Shown here piece by piece: positions 1-10,876 of a DNA stretch of 64,000 bases. The stretch is from Spirochaetia bacterium (GTDB taxonomy: Bacteria; Spirochaetota; Leptospiria; Turneriellales; JAOUFE01). A model generated the notes under the pieces. That model was not told where the DNA came from. It ran no database searches and was given only the letters and a program-made list of their open reading frames with translations. The stretch covers positions 31,929 through 95,928 of the forward strand of contig JAOUFY010000001.1 in assembly GCA_029857955.1 (NCBI GenBank), given 5' to 3'. Positions within the stretch are counted from its first letter, which is position 1, and each line of letters opens with the position of its first letter. The position numbers were made by a program, and so were the translations under genes.

Positions 1-80
1 AAGCAGGAAGCGCCTTAAATGTAATTAAAAACTCGTTATAATGTCATTGACCGCTGATCACCGGATAAATTTTATAATAT

Positions 81-1001
81 GTGATTCGATTTGAAAATGT
101 ATACCGGTCTTTTAAAGGAAAATTGGCGTTAAACAACGTAAGCTTTAATATCAATAAAGGCGAGGCAACGGCGATAGTCGGGCCAAACGGCGCCGGTAAA
201 ACCACCATCATCAATTTACTCCTTGGTTTTTTAAAACCAGACAGCGGTTCGATCTGGTTTCAAGATCTTCGTGTCTGGGAAAAACGAAATATCGTAAACC
301 AGCTTTTTGGCGTTGTCCTTGAAACACCCGCATTTTTTCCTGAATTTACAGCTTTGCAAAACCTGACTTTTTTTTCAAAATTATGCCTTGCGTCTGAAGA
401 TCGCATACCAGAGCTAATTTACGAGGTTGGTCTTGATAAATTTCCAGATACCTTGTTTTCGCAATATTCTATGGGTATGAAGCAGCGCTTAAATATTGCA
501 AACAGCATGCTGCACGATCCGGAGGTGTTGATTTTCGATGAGCCCACCAATGGACTGGATCCCGTTGGTATCAGCGATATTAGAAAACTAATACAATCCT
601 TTACCAGCAAAGGAAAAACCATCATCCTGTGCAGTCACATTCTCTCTGAAGTAGAAAAAATCTGCGACAGGGCAATTTTATTGAAAGACGGCGAAGTAAT
701 CGATAAAATTGATATTCACGGAAAACTTGTTGATAAAAAAATCTTTCAAATCAAGTATAGCGACATGAAAAAGCTCATTTCTATGCTTCATAAAATTCCC
801 GCGATAGAGATAATATCAAGCGATGAAAATAAGTGCATTGTAGAAATAGATAAAAACTACGACGGAAGCTTTATCAATCAAAAACTGGCTGAAAACGACA
901 TTTATGTATCCGAACTTATCTCTGCAAATAATTTTGAATCTTCAGTACTTGATAAAATAACTTCTGTACAAAGAAGCGGCACAACGGATAAAAACAAATG
1001 A
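81..1001 (+). CDS. ABC transporter ATP-binding protein (ABC-2 exporter type) with C-terminal accessory domain
   Basis: Walker A GPNGAGKTT, signature YSMGMKQRL, Walker B LIFDEPTNGLD, H-loop CSHIL. GTG start. ATGA overlap with the next gene. Confidence 0.9.
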   Translation: MIRFENVYRSFKGKLALNNVSFNINKGEATAIVGPNGAGKTTIINLLLGFLKPDSGSIWFQDLRVWEKRNIVNQLFGVVLETPAFFPEFTALQNLTFFSKLCLASEDRIPELIYEVGLDKFPDTLFSQYSMGMKQRLNIANSMLHDPEVLIFDEPTNGLDPVGISDIRKLIQSFTSKGKTIILCSHILSEVEKICDRAILLKDGEVIDKIDIHGKLVDKKIFQIKYSDMKKLISMLHKIPAIEIISSDENKCIVEIDKNYDGSFINQKLAENDIYVSELISANNFESSVLDKITSVQRSGTTDKNK

Positions 1002-1795
1002 AATATATATACAACATTTTAAAAGAAACCTCTCTGGCTGATTTTAAAAAATTACAAATGCAGAAATTTATAATTACTTTTGTTTTTATTTTTATCGGTA
1101 TCGGGCTTACAACGGTTACTATCATTATATTTTTTGATTATAAATATTCAAAAATTTATAACCCGTCAGAAACCCTCGAAGTGTGGCACTCTGCCCTGTT
1201 TCAATCGATATTCACCATTGCATTTGCATTTGCAGGTTCATACAATGTATGTCGAGAATACGAAAAAGGAATGATTAAAAATATTGTTTTAACAGGAATC
1301 CCCCTTCAGCACTATCTTTTCTCGCGTCTGATTGTATTTTTTGGGGTATTTGCCGCGATCATGGTGCTGACCTATTCCATAGATGCAGCTGCCCTGTTTA
1401 TTTATTTTGGTCATAGTTTTAATATCAATGTAACGGGAAAAGGTATGTTGCTAACACTGCTTCATTTGATGCAGACGTTGTTTTTAGTTGTGATGTTTTC
1501 CTCCATCTTTAAAAAAACCATCTATGCCATTGCAGGACTTCTTTTATATTATATGGCAATTGAAAAAGTCATTGTAAAAATTATAATCAGCATGGCTTCA
1601 TATTTAAATTTGTCTGACTGGGCAAATGCGATATTGCAGCATACGCCGCTTCAGGTTCTCGATAACCTTTCAAATGCCTTTGAAATGAATCAATACCTGA
1701 TTAATTTTTCCCTGTTTACTGTATACCTTTGCATTTACGCAACCATCATCTGGTTTAGCAGTCGAAACACCCAGCTTGGTTTAATCAATAAATAA
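998..1795 (+). CDS. ABC-2 family transporter permease
   Basis: About 6 hydrophobic helices. Translationally coupled (ATGA) to the upstream ATPase. Confidence 0.7.
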   Translation: MKYIYNILKETSLADFKKLQMQKFIITFVFIFIGIGLTTVTIIIFFDYKYSKIYNPSETLEVWHSALFQSIFTIAFAFAGSYNVCREYEKGMIKNIVLTGIPLQHYLFSRLIVFFGVFAAIMVLTYSIDAAALFIYFGHSFNINVTGKGMLLTLLHLMQTLFLVVMFSSIFKKTIYAIAGLLLYYMAIEKVIVKIIISMASYLNLSDWANAILQHTPLQVLDNLSNAFEMNQYLINFSLFTVYLCIYATIIWFSSRNTQLGLINK

Positions 1796-1894
1796 TTTAT
1801 CCAATCATTTGACGCCTCCGAAATTACAAGGCGTTATACAATTTATCCTACAAAGTCAAATATATTTATAAAATAGAACCGTTCATCCGTATTT

Positions 1895-1935
1895 TTTTTC
1901 TTTACGTTTTCGCAGCTTTGCGGTGAAGATTTGTA
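1895..1935. repeat. Partial copy of a GC-rich intergenic repeat (matches the right half of the 29584-29729 element)
   Basis: TTTCTTTACGTTTTCGCAGCTTTGCGGTGAAGAT aligns by eye with TTTCTTTAC..TTCGCGCCTTTGCGGTAAGAC at 29673-29712. Confidence 0.4.
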
Positions 1936-2042
1936 AACGCCCATAAATTAGAGTCGGCGTAGCGAATTCAATCGATGTATATCGCTGACTGCGCGTTTTC
2001 GATTTGAAATTACCAAATATTTTTTCTAAAACGTATGGTTAT

Positions 2043-2993
2043 TTAACAAATACGCTGTAAAATGCGCATTTTAGCCGAACGCGATCTAGGATTCATTTCA
2101 ATTTCGTTTTGATCAGGTACAATGGCTTTTTTGGTTAAAATGCGATAATTACCGTCACGGTATTGACTTTTTGCAAACATGGAATCATTTTTAATTTTCT
2201 CAAGGGCTTTAAAAGAATGTTTTACCATTCGATCTTCAAGTGAATGAAACGAAATGATGATTAAAACGCCGTGAGGTTTCAAAAGTTCAGGTATAAACTT
2301 CAATGATTTTTCAAGATGATCAAGCTCATGATTGATAAATATTCTAAATGCCTGAAATGTCTTAACGCCGGGGTTTTTAACATATTTTGATTTTTGCGCT
2401 CTGGCATAGGAATTAATACAAATTCGATTTAACCAGTCGGGAGTTAAATCTTCTGTCGTTCGTTGTTCTACAATTTTTTTCGCAATTAAAGGCGCAAAAC
2501 CTTCTTCGCCATATTTATAAATCACGTTTCGAATTTCTTCATACGAAGCCCGTTTAAGCCATGCAGATAAAGGTTCGCCATTTGCAATATCAAGCCTCAT
2601 GTCGAGTAAACCAGTGTCTCGATAGCTGATACCGCGGTTAAGAGAATCAAGGTGATAAGAAGATATACCAAGATCAAGAAAAATCACATCAAATGGAGCA
2701 AATTCATGAAAAGGATTATCGGAAAAATTACTCTGCAAAAACTTTACCCGCGATAAAAATCCCGCATTCTTATTTTCGCCTTCATCAAATGCGGCCTTTA
2801 CAGTTTCCTGGGCAATTTTCAGCATATCCGCGTCCTGGTCGCTGCCAAAGGCAATTCCCTGCGGATTATTTTTCAACCAGGCAATAAAATGCCCGGCCGC
2901 TCCCAAAGTACCGTCCCAGAGCTTAAGCTTAGTATCAGGCTGGTCAAATCGGGAGTACTTTAAAAACTCATTTAATAAAACAGGTTGGTGCAA
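2043..2993 (-). CDS. rsmH: 16S rRNA (cytosine1402-N4)-methyltransferase RsmH/MraW
   Basis: N-terminal HQPVLLNE, GTLGAAGH, DLGISSYHLD and SFHSLEDR motifs typical of RsmH. Confidence 0.9.
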   Translation of the reverse strand: MHQPVLLNEFLKYSRFDQPDTKLKLWDGTLGAAGHFIAWLKNNPQGIAFGSDQDADMLKIAQETVKAAFDEGENKNAGFLSRVKFLQSNFSDNPFHEFAPFDVIFLDLGISSYHLDSLNRGISYRDTGLLDMRLDIANGEPLSAWLKRASYEEIRNVIYKYGEEGFAPLIAKKIVEQRTTEDLTPDWLNRICINSYARAQKSKYVKNPGVKTFQAFRIFINHELDHLEKSLKFIPELLKPHGVLIIISFHSLEDRMVKHSFKALEKIKNDSMFAKSQYRDGNYRILTKKAIVPDQNEIEMNPRSRSAKMRILQRIC

Positions 2994-3014
2994 TTTTAAG
3001 TTAATGTGTTATCA

Positions 3015-5594
3015 TCAGGTTTGAGCAAGTTCTTTACTGTCGAGTTTTTTGTCGACTTCATCGTCATCGGCAATAGTAGATTCTTCGTCATCCCAATAAC
3101 TGTCAATGTTTTGTTCTTCCATGGAGTACATATTTTTAATTTCATCAAACTTTTTGGCGTTTAACTGGCTGCCTTTGAAAGTTAGTTTTTCACCGGAAAC
3201 TCCAATGGTATATTTTGTTGGAGTTTGCTTTTTTCTATTAAGAACCATGTCGGCTAAAACATCCTCAATTTCAGATCGAAGCACACGTTTTAAAGAACGG
3301 GCGCCAAATGTTTCGCTATAGCCTTTTTTCGCCAGATAGCGTCGCGCTTTTTCATTTAAAGTAATGTACATTTTTTGGTGAACAATGTTATTGTTGATGT
3401 CATCTACCATGATATCTACAATTTTAAATATATCTTCTTCTTTTAAAGATTCAAAAATAACAACATCATCAATTCGGTTTAAAAATTCCGGCGAAAAATG
3501 TTTTTTTAATTCATCCATCACCTGTTCATTTTTAGAATCTTTTTTAGAATTTTCTGAATTAAATCCGACTTTTCCGCCCTTCATTAAATTTCTGGCGCCG
3601 ATATTGGATGTCATGATAATTAAAGTTTCTTTAAAATCAACTTTATTGCCCATGGTATCGGTTAAAATTCCTTCATCGAGAAGTTGCAGCATTATATTTT
3701 GAATTTCCGGGTGGGCTTTTTCAATTTCATCAAACAGTAAAACAGAGTATGGTTTTCTACGTACTGCCTCGGTAATTTGACCGCCCTCGTCATAACCAAT
3801 GTAACCTGGAGGCGAACCAATAAACTTTGATACAGAATGCATTTCCATATATTCGCTCATATCAAATCGAATTAAAGCATCTTCATCGCCAAATAAAAAT
3901 TCAGCAAGAGCTTTTGCAAGCTCCGTTTTACCTACGCCGGTTGGGCCAAGAAAAATAAACGAACCAATGGGAGATCCCGGCGTTTTTAAACCGGTACGGG
4001 CGCGTTTTATTGCTTTTGAAATTTTTTCTATGGCTTTTTCCTGACCAATGACCCTCTGGTGCAATGTATCTTCCATATTTTTTAATTTTTCAAGTTCCGT
4101 AGCTTTCATTTGCTGAAGCGGTATTCCCGTCCAGTCAGACAAAACCTTCATTATATGTTCTTCATCAATTTCAATTGGTTTTTCTTTTTGTTCTTTTCGC
4201 CAATCGGTTAATTTTTGATCGAGCTCTTTTTCAAGCATAACAATTGTATCGCGAAGTCTAGCAGCTTTTTCATATTCCTGCATCTTAACCATTTCATTTT
4301 TTTCTTTAATGGTTTTTGAGATGATCATTTCAATATTTTTTAACTCTTCCGGAGTCTGAGATCCCTTTAAACGCACCGATGCGCCGGCTTCATCAATCAC
4401 ATCGATGGCTTTATCAGGAAGATAACGATCTGTGATGTAGCGATCTGACAGACGAACGGCCGTTTTTATACTTTCTTTGCTGTATAAAACTCCGTGATGT
4501 TTTTCATAGCTTTTACGAAGACCCGACAAAATACGAATGGCGTCATCAATGGATGGCTCTTCAACGAGAACGTTTTGAAAGCGTCTTTCCAATGCAGCGT
4601 CACGTTCAATGTGGCGCTTATATTCTCTTAATGTGGTAGCTCCAATACACTGCAATTCACCCCTTGCAAGGGCTGGTTTTAATATGTTGGCGGCGTCAAC
4701 TGCGCCTTCAGCGGCTCCGGCGCCTATGATTGTATGTACCTCATCTATAAATAAAATAATTTCAGGATTATTTTTCACTTCTTTCATTACTTTTTTAATA
4801 CGATCTTCAAACTCACCCCTGTATTTTGTACCCGCAATCAATGCGGCAACATCAAGAGAGTAAATGGTTTTATTAAATAGTGATTCCGGGACTTTTTTAA
4901 AGACAATTTGCTGGGCAAGTCCTTCAACTACGGCAGTTTTACCTACGCCTGCTTCGCCTATAAGTATGGGGTTATTTTTTGTTTTTCTGGATAATATCTG
5001 AATTACTCTTTCAATTTCAGAGTCTCTTCCGATAACCGGATCAATCTTTTTTTCAAGAGCCATACGGGTTAAATTTCGAGCATACTCTTCAAGCACTGGA
5101 TTCTTACTTGTTTCTTTCTTAGATGTGATTTGTGATCGAATGTTTCCCGGGCCGCTTTGAGGGACACCCAGTGTTTGATTTAATTCATTTCGGATCACCT
5201 GGTATGTAATGGAAAAAGCGCCCAGAGCTGCTGAGGCAATCGAAGTTGTATCTCGAAGCAAAGCCAGCAATATATGTTCTGAACCAATGTAACTGTGTCG
5301 TAATTTTCGAGCTTCTTCCCGTGAAAATTCAAGAATTTTTTGAATTTTATCTTTATTGCCTGGGTCTACCAACAATGTCATGCTGTCATGGTCACAACGT
5401 TTTTCAAGTTCACGTCGTAGTTCCATCAGATCTATATTTAAACTAATCATGACCTTTACCGCAACGGAATCCTGTGTTTTCAACATCCCAAGTAGTATAT
5501 GTTCCGGCCCCAGATATTCATGCCCCAACCTTTTAGCTTCTTTTGGCGCATATTCATTAATAATCTTTTTTACACGGTTAGTAAAGTCAAACAT
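3015..5594 (-). CDS. clpC: ATP-dependent Clp protease ATP-binding subunit, ClpC-like
   Basis: Two Clp_N repeats. Two AAA+ modules ([18 protein letters not shown]). UVR-like middle motif [12 protein letters not shown]. 859 aa. Confidence 0.9.
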   Translation of the reverse strand: MFDFTNRVKKIINEYAPKEAKRLGHEYLGPEHILLGMLKTQDSVAVKVMISLNIDLMELRRELEKRCDHDSMTLLVDPGNKDKIQKILEFSREEARKLRHSYIGSEHILLALLRDTTSIASAALGAFSITYQVIRNELNQTLGVPQSGPGNIRSQITSKKETSKNPVLEEYARNLTRMALEKKIDPVIGRDSEIERVIQILSRKTKNNPILIGEAGVGKTAVVEGLAQQIVFKKVPESLFNKTIYSLDVAALIAGTKYRGEFEDRIKKVMKEVKNNPEIILFIDEVHTIIGAGAAEGAVDAANILKPALARGELQCIGATTLREYKRHIERDAALERRFQNVLVEEPSIDDAIRILSGLRKSYEKHHGVLYSKESIKTAVRLSDRYITDRYLPDKAIDVIDEAGASVRLKGSQTPEELKNIEMIISKTIKEKNEMVKMQEYEKAARLRDTIVMLEKELDQKLTDWRKEQKEKPIEIDEEHIMKVLSDWTGIPLQQMKATELEKLKNMEDTLHQRVIGQEKAIEKISKAIKRARTGLKTPGSPIGSFIFLGPTGVGKTELAKALAEFLFGDEDALIRFDMSEYMEMHSVSKFIGSPPGYIGYDEGGQITEAVRRKPYSVLLFDEIEKAHPEIQNIMLQLLDEGILTDTMGNKVDFKETLIIMTSNIGARNLMKGGKVGFNSENSKKDSKNEQVMDELKKHFSPEFLNRIDDVVIFESLKEEDIFKIVDIMVDDINNNIVHQKMYITLNEKARRYLAKKGYSETFGARSLKRVLRSEIEDVLADMVLNRKKQTPTKYTIGVSGEKLTFKGSQLNAKKFDEIKNMYSMEEQNIDSYWDDEESTIADDDEVDKKLDSKELAQT

Positions 5595-5826
5595 TTATTT
5601 TACCCTTTCAATTGCAATATTAGTATATATCAAAACGCAACAATTAAAAAAAAAAGCGTGCATTAATGTCAAGTAATTAAATAAAAAATTAGTTGCATTT
5701 ACGTTTTGATTTTACTTACTGCGGCACCAGAATATGATTTTTGTGAAATTCTATCCAGATCGAAATTTTGTTGTCATTTAATATCCTGGATATTTAAATT
5801 ATCGGCATTTTTCAAATGAGGTCTAA

Positions 5827-6600
5827 ATGAAATATTCCCTGGCATTTGTACTTTTATTGTTTTCAATAAGCTGTATTTTCAGCCAATCCGGCACAAATGA
5901 TCAATTATCTGATGAACTTTTAACCTCTCAACGGTGGACGAGAGAATTTGAGGGCAGCTGGGGTTATGAAATTGAATTTTATTCGGATCATACATTTATT
6001 GCTGTGTACTTTGCTGAAGGGGGTGGAAACTGCGCCATCGGCACCTATAAACTTCAATCCAGTACTGTGGTATTAAACTCTAGTCGAGAAGGGTTTAGCG
6101 ACTATGAAGACTTTAAAAGCTGTCAAGGAAAGATCATTCAAGGCTCAACTCATTCTCCGATAAAGGACTTTAAACATTTAAATTGTCAGTTAAAAAACAA
6201 CGAACATCCTGTAAAATATCGCCGTTTACTTTCTTGCACGGATACAAAAACCTTTGTTGATCAACGCACTAAAGTTAAAAAAGGAGACTCTATTGTACTT
6301 GATAACATACCCTGCATTTCTCTTGGTAATTCCATGGGGGTTACGATTTCAGAGGCCAGGTTGAGAGTTAAGCCGAATATACAGTCAGATTTAATAAATT
6401 ATGCCTGCTCAAATTGTAACGATTCCTTTTTACCCTATGTACCTAAAAATATACCCATCGAAGTATTTGCAAAAAAAATAGAATCTGATACAATTAACGG
6501 AGTTACCGGACACTGGATCTACGTTGGAGCTCCGGTTTCACATGCATTTACCGGTTATGGGTGGATGTTTGATCCCTATGTTAAAATCATCGATAACTAG
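5827..6600 (+). CDS. Putative lipoprotein with C-terminal SH3b-like domain
   Basis: Signal peptide with a Cys (LLFSISC). The C-terminal segment resembles bacterial SH3. No enzymatic motif. Confidence 0.45.
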   Translation: MKYSLAFVLLLFSISCIFSQSGTNDQLSDELLTSQRWTREFEGSWGYEIEFYSDHTFIAVYFAEGGGNCAIGTYKLQSSTVVLNSSREGFSDYEDFKSCQGKIIQGSTHSPIKDFKHLNCQLKNNEHPVKYRRLLSCTDTKTFVDQRTKVKKGDSIVLDNIPCISLGNSMGVTISEARLRVKPNIQSDLINYACSNCNDSFLPYVPKNIPIEVFAKKIESDTINGVTGHWIYVGAPVSHAFTGYGWMFDPYVKIIDN

Positions 6601-6727
6601 TACTATATCTGTTTAATTTTTTCTAATTCAATCGTGAAGCGGTTGGCGCATCAATTTTGAGTTTTTGTGAAACAAGAAATTTGTTAAGTAATCAGCAGAT
6701 ACGCGACTAGCCATTCATTAAGCTACA

Positions 6728-8119
6728 CTATGATTTAAAGACCTCTAACAAATCACATACTGCTTTTTCAAGAACTTTGGTTTCAAAGGTTGAAAATCCC
6801 AAGACAAATCCATCCTCATTTATTTCATTGTGGCAATAGTCTGAGATAAATATTAAATTTAATTTCATTTTAATTGCTTTATTTTTTAGAACATTTTTGT
6901 CATATTTATTTTTAAAAAAGGCTACCAGATGAAGTCCTGAATCTGAAATTTTAATGGTTAAATAAGCAGAAAGTTTTTTTTGTACAATGCTATAAAGAAA
7001 GTCTCTGCGCATTTTATAAATGGTATGCATTTTTTTTATATGTTTATAAATGTATCCTTTTTCCATAAAATGGGCAACTACAGCCTGATTCATAATAGCC
7101 GGTTGGCGATTCATTAATTTTCTTTTATCTAAAAATTGGTCAATGAATTTATAAGGTAAAACACAAAATCCAATGCGTATTGCAGGAAAAAAAATTTTAC
7201 TTAACGTACCAATGTAAATAACATGATCGGCAGAACCAATACCCTGCAGAGACGACAAAGGTTCGCCAGTGTATCTGAAATCACTGTCATAATCATCTTC
7301 CATGATCGACATATCATTATCTTGAGCCATTTCCAGTAATTTTAATCTTCTTTCAATACTCATTGTAGAGCCCAATGGAAATTGATGAGATGGCGTAATG
7401 TACACAATTGAATTTTTATCCGGTGTAATTTTTTCAATCTGCATTCCGTTATGGTCAACGGGTATCGGGTAAACGCGAGCCTGTCTTTCTTCAAAAATTC
7501 GCCGGGCAAGTTTATAAGAAGGATCTTCAAGAAATACCTTCGTATTTTTTTGAATTAAAATTTGACCGCATAAAAAAATAGCTTCCTGCGATCCATTTAC
7601 AATCATGATTTGTTCTGCATGACAGTTTACCTGTCTTTTTAAAGTTAAATATCCTGCGATTGCTTCGCGTAATGGCAAAAACCCCAAAGAATCCTCATAA
7701 TAATAATGAGTATTACGAAGTTCTCTGTAACAAATTCCTGATATTTTTGAAAAAAGATGAAATGGAAAAAGAGAAACATCCGGTTCGCCGGGTTTAAACG
7801 GATTTAGATTTTTAGTTTGTAATTTCTCATACCTGAAATGTTCTTGTTTTTTCTGATCATCCCATAAATTTAAATGTACTTTCGGCAGATTTTTTACATA
7901 AACGCCGGAACCATGGATTCCTTCAACATACCCTTCATCTTCCAGGTGTGCAAAAGCTTCTAAAATTGTATTGCGTGAAACCCCCAGGTTTTTTGCCAAA
8001 ATACGGCTTGATGGCAAGGGTGTTTGCGCAGGATAAATCCCCTCTAAAATGGATTTCTTAAGTTGTTTATAAATAACAATGTATTTACTCGACATAAAGT
8101 GGTTTAAATTATTTATCAT
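6728..8119 (-). CDS. MocR/PdxR-type GntR-family regulator fused to a fold-type-I aminotransferase-like domain
   Basis: N-terminal winged HTH (LPSSRILAKNLGVSRNTI) plus a ~350-aa aminotransferase-like domain (TLSK lysine context). Confidence 0.85.
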   Translation of the reverse strand: MINNLNHFMSSKYIVIYKQLKKSILEGIYPAQTPLPSSRILAKNLGVSRNTILEAFAHLEDEGYVEGIHGSGVYVKNLPKVHLNLWDDQKKQEHFRYEKLQTKNLNPFKPGEPDVSLFPFHLFSKISGICYRELRNTHYYYEDSLGFLPLREAIAGYLTLKRQVNCHAEQIMIVNGSQEAIFLCGQILIQKNTKVFLEDPSYKLARRIFEERQARVYPIPVDHNGMQIEKITPDKNSIVYITPSHQFPLGSTMSIERRLKLLEMAQDNDMSIMEDDYDSDFRYTGEPLSSLQGIGSADHVIYIGTLSKIFFPAIRIGFCVLPYKFIDQFLDKRKLMNRQPAIMNQAVVAHFMEKGYIYKHIKKMHTIYKMRRDFLYSIVQKKLSAYLTIKISDSGLHLVAFFKNKYDKNVLKNKAIKMKLNLIFISDYCHNEINEDGFVLGFSTFETKVLEKAVCDLLEVFKS

Positions 8120-8157
8120 AAGTGGCTCTTGACATCAACCACTTTTTGTGCTATTTT
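8120..8157 (+). promoter_or_regulatory. Candidate sigma70-like promoter (TTGACA-17-TATTTT) bracketed by the inverted repeat AAGTGG-N13-CCACTT
   Basis: TTGACA at 8129-8134 and TATTTT at 8152-8157. AAGGAG RBS at 8167-8172 before the ATG at 8179. IR arms at 8120-8125 and 8139-8144. Confidence 0.45.
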
Positions 8158-8178
8158 TAATAAAATAAGGAGAACATT

Positions 8179-8823
8179 ATGGAAAAAAATAAAACGCACA
8201 ACAGTCGAAGTAAAAAAAGCGAAGTCAAGGATCTTGCAGAAATTTATAAAATTCTTGATGAAGGATTGATTTGCCACATTTCTTTTATTCGAGACGGATA
8301 CCCTGTTGTATTACCGAGCAATTACTCAAGATACAACGATCAAATTATTTTACATGGCGGAAATGCAAGCCCTTTTCACCAGGCTTTAGCAGCAGCCGAT
8401 GATATCTGCTTATCCGTTGCGCTTCTCGATGGTTTAGTACTTGGTAAATCTGCTTACAATCATTCGGTAAATTATAGAAGCGTTGTTATTTTTGGCAAGG
8501 CTCGGATGTTACTTGATAAAAATGAAAAACTGGAAGGCTTAAAATCTTTAATAAACCATGTGGTAAAAAACAGATATGACAGCGTACGCCAACCAACCGA
8601 CAAGGAATTAGATGAGACCATGGTTTTATCCATACCCATTTATGAGTATTCTTCTAAAATGAGAACGGGCAAACCCAATGTAAAACCTTTAGATGAAAAT
8701 TTTCCTGTATGGTCTGGCGTATTACCGCTTGCGCTTAAATCGCAATCGCCTGTGCCTGATGAGTTTTCAAAAGATAAATTACCCGATGTTGAAATTCAAA
8801 ATTACAATAGAAATAATTATTGA
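8179..8823 (+). CDS. Pyridoxamine 5'-phosphate oxidase-family flavin-binding protein
   Basis: Split-barrel PNPOx-like pattern (CHISFIRDGYPVVLP, VVIFGKA). Classic divergent partner of MocR regulators. Confidence 0.65.
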   Translation: MEKNKTHNSRSKKSEVKDLAEIYKILDEGLICHISFIRDGYPVVLPSNYSRYNDQIILHGGNASPFHQALAAADDICLSVALLDGLVLGKSAYNHSVNYRSVVIFGKARMLLDKNEKLEGLKSLINHVVKNRYDSVRQPTDKELDETMVLSIPIYEYSSKMRTGKPNVKPLDENFPVWSGVLPLALKSQSPVPDEFSKDKLPDVEIQNYNRNNY

Positions 8824-8910
8824 GTCAACTGCAATTGTAATTCATGCTGATGCATCGACAGCTTGTTATCTTTAAATTCGTCAGAAATTACATTTTAACT
8901 TTCTTTCAAA

Positions 8911-9008
8911 CCTGTGGGGGTAGGCCGCAATATGCGGCTTTGCCGCTTATGCGGCCGAGGGGGCCGAGTGATTTTCGATTAGATCGAAACACCAAAAGCC
9001 CCCTTTTT
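8911..9008. repeat. GC-rich multi-hairpin intergenic repeat (family with GGGGGTAG...GGCCGA..GGGGG)
   Basis: Hairpins GCCGCA-ata-TGCGGC, GCCGC-ttat-GCGGC and TTTCGAT-tag-ATCGAAA. Outer GGGGGC/GCCCCC stem. Shares its 5' motif with 63329-63409. Confidence 0.5.
8959..9008 (+). terminator. Candidate intrinsic terminator after the PNPOx-family gene
   Basis: GGGGGC (8959-8964) pairs with GCCCCC (8998-9003), followed by TTTTT. The loop is long (33 nt) and contains an inner hairpin. Confidence 0.45.
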
Positions 9009-9132
9009 ATGTAATTGATATTCTTTTTACTTTAATTTCCAGACTAATGAAAAAAAATTGACAATATTGAAAAATAAAAAAAATAGACAATATCACTTAA
9101 CATGCGTACACTATATTCCGAAATGTTAGGTC

Positions 9133-9606
9133 ATGATTCAATGTTCTTCAAATAATATGCTGGCCATAAAACTAAATACATGCCCGATACTGGAAATTTA
9201 CTCTGCCCTGACTGAGGCTAGTCTAAAATTGCCCATACTCCCTTTTCGTATAAGCGCCGGTTTTCCCTCGCCGGCTCTGGATTTTGTCGATATGGGAATT
9301 GACCTCAATCAACATTTAATTAAACATCCTTCGGCAACTTTTTACGGGCGCGTAAAAGGCGAATCTATGAAAAATGCGGGCATCAACGACGGCGATTTGC
9401 TCGTCATTGACAAAAGTATCGAGCCCGTTGACGGAAAAATTGCGGTTTGTTATATTGACGGGGAATTTACCTTGAAACAAATTCGCCTGGAAAATGGCCG
9501 TTGCCGGCTGATGCCCGCCAATAAACTCTATGAACCCATAGAAATAACCGAACATCATGATTTGCAAATCTGGGGTATCGTAACCCATGTCATCAAGGAT
9601 TTTTAA
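9133..9606 (+). CDS. umuD: UmuD-like S24 peptidase (translesion polymerase V accessory subunit); start may be the ATG at 9157
   Basis: Close to E. coli Umu[29 protein letters not shown], Ser motif GESM, Lys in TLKQI. Ala-Gly cleavage site. Confidence 0.85.
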   Translation: MIQCSSNNMLAIKLNTCPILEIYSALTEASLKLPILPFRISAGFPSPALDFVDMGIDLNQHLIKHPSATFYGRVKGESMKNAGINDGDLLVIDKSIEPVDGKIAVCYIDGEFTLKQIRLENGRCRLMPANKLYEPIEITEHHDLQIWGIVTHVIKDF

Positions 9607-9616
9607 CGGGATTTTC

Positions 9617-10876
9617 ATGTTTGCCCTGATTGATTGCAATAACTTTTACGCTTCCTGCGAGCGGGTTTTTCGCCCCGACCTAATCGGTAAACCCGTCGTT
9701 GTACTTTCTAACAACGACGGCTGCGTGATTGCGCGAAGCAACGAAGCAAAAGACCTTGGTATTCCAATGGGCGCTCCCGCCTTTGAATTTGAAAAAATTT
9801 TTGAAAAACACCAGGTACATGTTTTTTCCTCCAACTTTGCCCTGTATGGAGACATGAGCGCCCGCGTGATGGACGTTCTTTCGAATTACAGTCCCGAAAT
9901 GGAAATTTACAGCATCGATGAAGCTTTTTTAAAATTAAAAGGAATGGAACATTTTCATTTGCAGGAATATGGCCGTCAAATGCGGGCTAAAGTTACCCGG
10001 TGGACGGGAATACCCATCAGCGTGGGCATGGCAAAAACAAAGTCGCTGGCCAAGGTTGCCAATAAAATTGCCAAAAAGTATGCTGAAAAAACCGGCGGTG
10101 TTTATATAATCGACAGCGAAGAAAAACGCATCAAGGCCTTAAAATGGTTAAAGGTTGGCGATGTCTGGGGAATCGGACGGCAGCATACCAAAAAACTCAT
10201 TGCCCGAAATGTATTTACGGCACATGACTTTACGATGCTTGATGACATGTGGATTAAAAAGCACCTGTCCATTGTCGGCCTTAGATTAAAACACGATTTG
10301 CAGGGCATTCCCACGCTGGATCTCGAAACGGTTCAGCCCAAACAAAGTATCGCAACAACCCGTTCGTTTGATAAAAATTACACCGAGTTTGAACAATTAA
10401 AAGAACGTATTTCCACCTTTGCTGTTTCGTGCGCAGAAAAGCTGCGAAGCCAAAATTCATCTTGCAAGAGCATCATGGTTTTTATACATACCAATGGACA
10501 CCGAAACGATCTGCCGCAATACGCCAGAAACATTGTTGTGAAACTGCCCTTTGCGACAAATTCAAGCATTGAGCTTTCGACATTTGCAACACAGGCCTTG
10601 CAAAAAATATTTAAAGAAGGTTATGCTTATAAAAAGGCAGGCGTCGTCGTGACCGACTTAACAGATGAAAAAAACCGCCAGCTTACCATGTTTGAAACGA
10701 GCGATGCAAGGCATATACCACTGATGCAGGTCATGGATAAAGTAAATACCCTGTATGGACAACAAAAAATCAGACTGGGTTCGCAAAGCCCTAAATTTGT
10801 ATGGAAAATGAAACAGGATCGGTTATCTCCGCGGTACTCGACAAATCTTGCTGACATCATTACGGTAAACGTGTAA
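9617..10876 (+). CDS. umuC: Y-family DNA polymerase V catalytic subunit UmuC
   Basis: [33 protein letters not shown] and SIDEAFL motifs. The ATG at 9617 lies 10 nt after the umuD stop (the ORF track begins at 9587). Confidence 0.9.
   Translation: MFALIDCNNFYASCERVFRPDLIGKPVVVLSNNDGCVIARSNEAKDLGIPMGAPAFEFEKIFEKHQVHVFSSNFALYGDMSARVMDVLSNYSPEMEIYSIDEAFLKLKGMEHFHLQEYGRQMRAKVTRWTGIPISVGMAKTKSLAKVANKIAKKYAEKTGGVYIIDSEEKRIKALKWLKVGDVWGIGRQHTKKLIARNVFTAHDFTMLDDMWIKKHLSIVGLRLKHDLQGIPTLDLETVQPKQSIATTRSFDKNYTEFEQLKERISTFAVSCAEKLRSQNSSCKSIMVFIHTNGHRNDLPQYARNIVVKLPFATNSSIELSTFATQALQKIFKEGYAYKKAGVVVTDLTDEKNRQLTMFETSDARHIPLMQVMDKVNTLYGQQKIRLGSQSPKFVWKMKQDRLSPRYSTNLADIITVNV

Noticed and set aside
3106-5676. 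Several 66-106-aa ORFs in the track antisense to or out of frame with clpC. Similar ORFs lie inside most long genes in the window.
   Set aside because: They lie wholly within strongly supported genes, have low-complexity or hydrophobic shadow-frame composition, and carry no motifs or RBS. They are typical shadow ORFs.
9040-9132. A search for a LexA/SOS box upstream of umuD. Candidates were the GACAATAT direct repeat at about 9060 and 9088, and TAACAT-N19-ATGTTA.
   Set aside because: None matches any LexA motif I know (CTGT-N8-ACAG, GAAC-N4-GTTC, TTTG-N5-CAAA, and others), and the spacing of the palindrome is too wide. The lineage and its LexA box are unknown, so no call is made.
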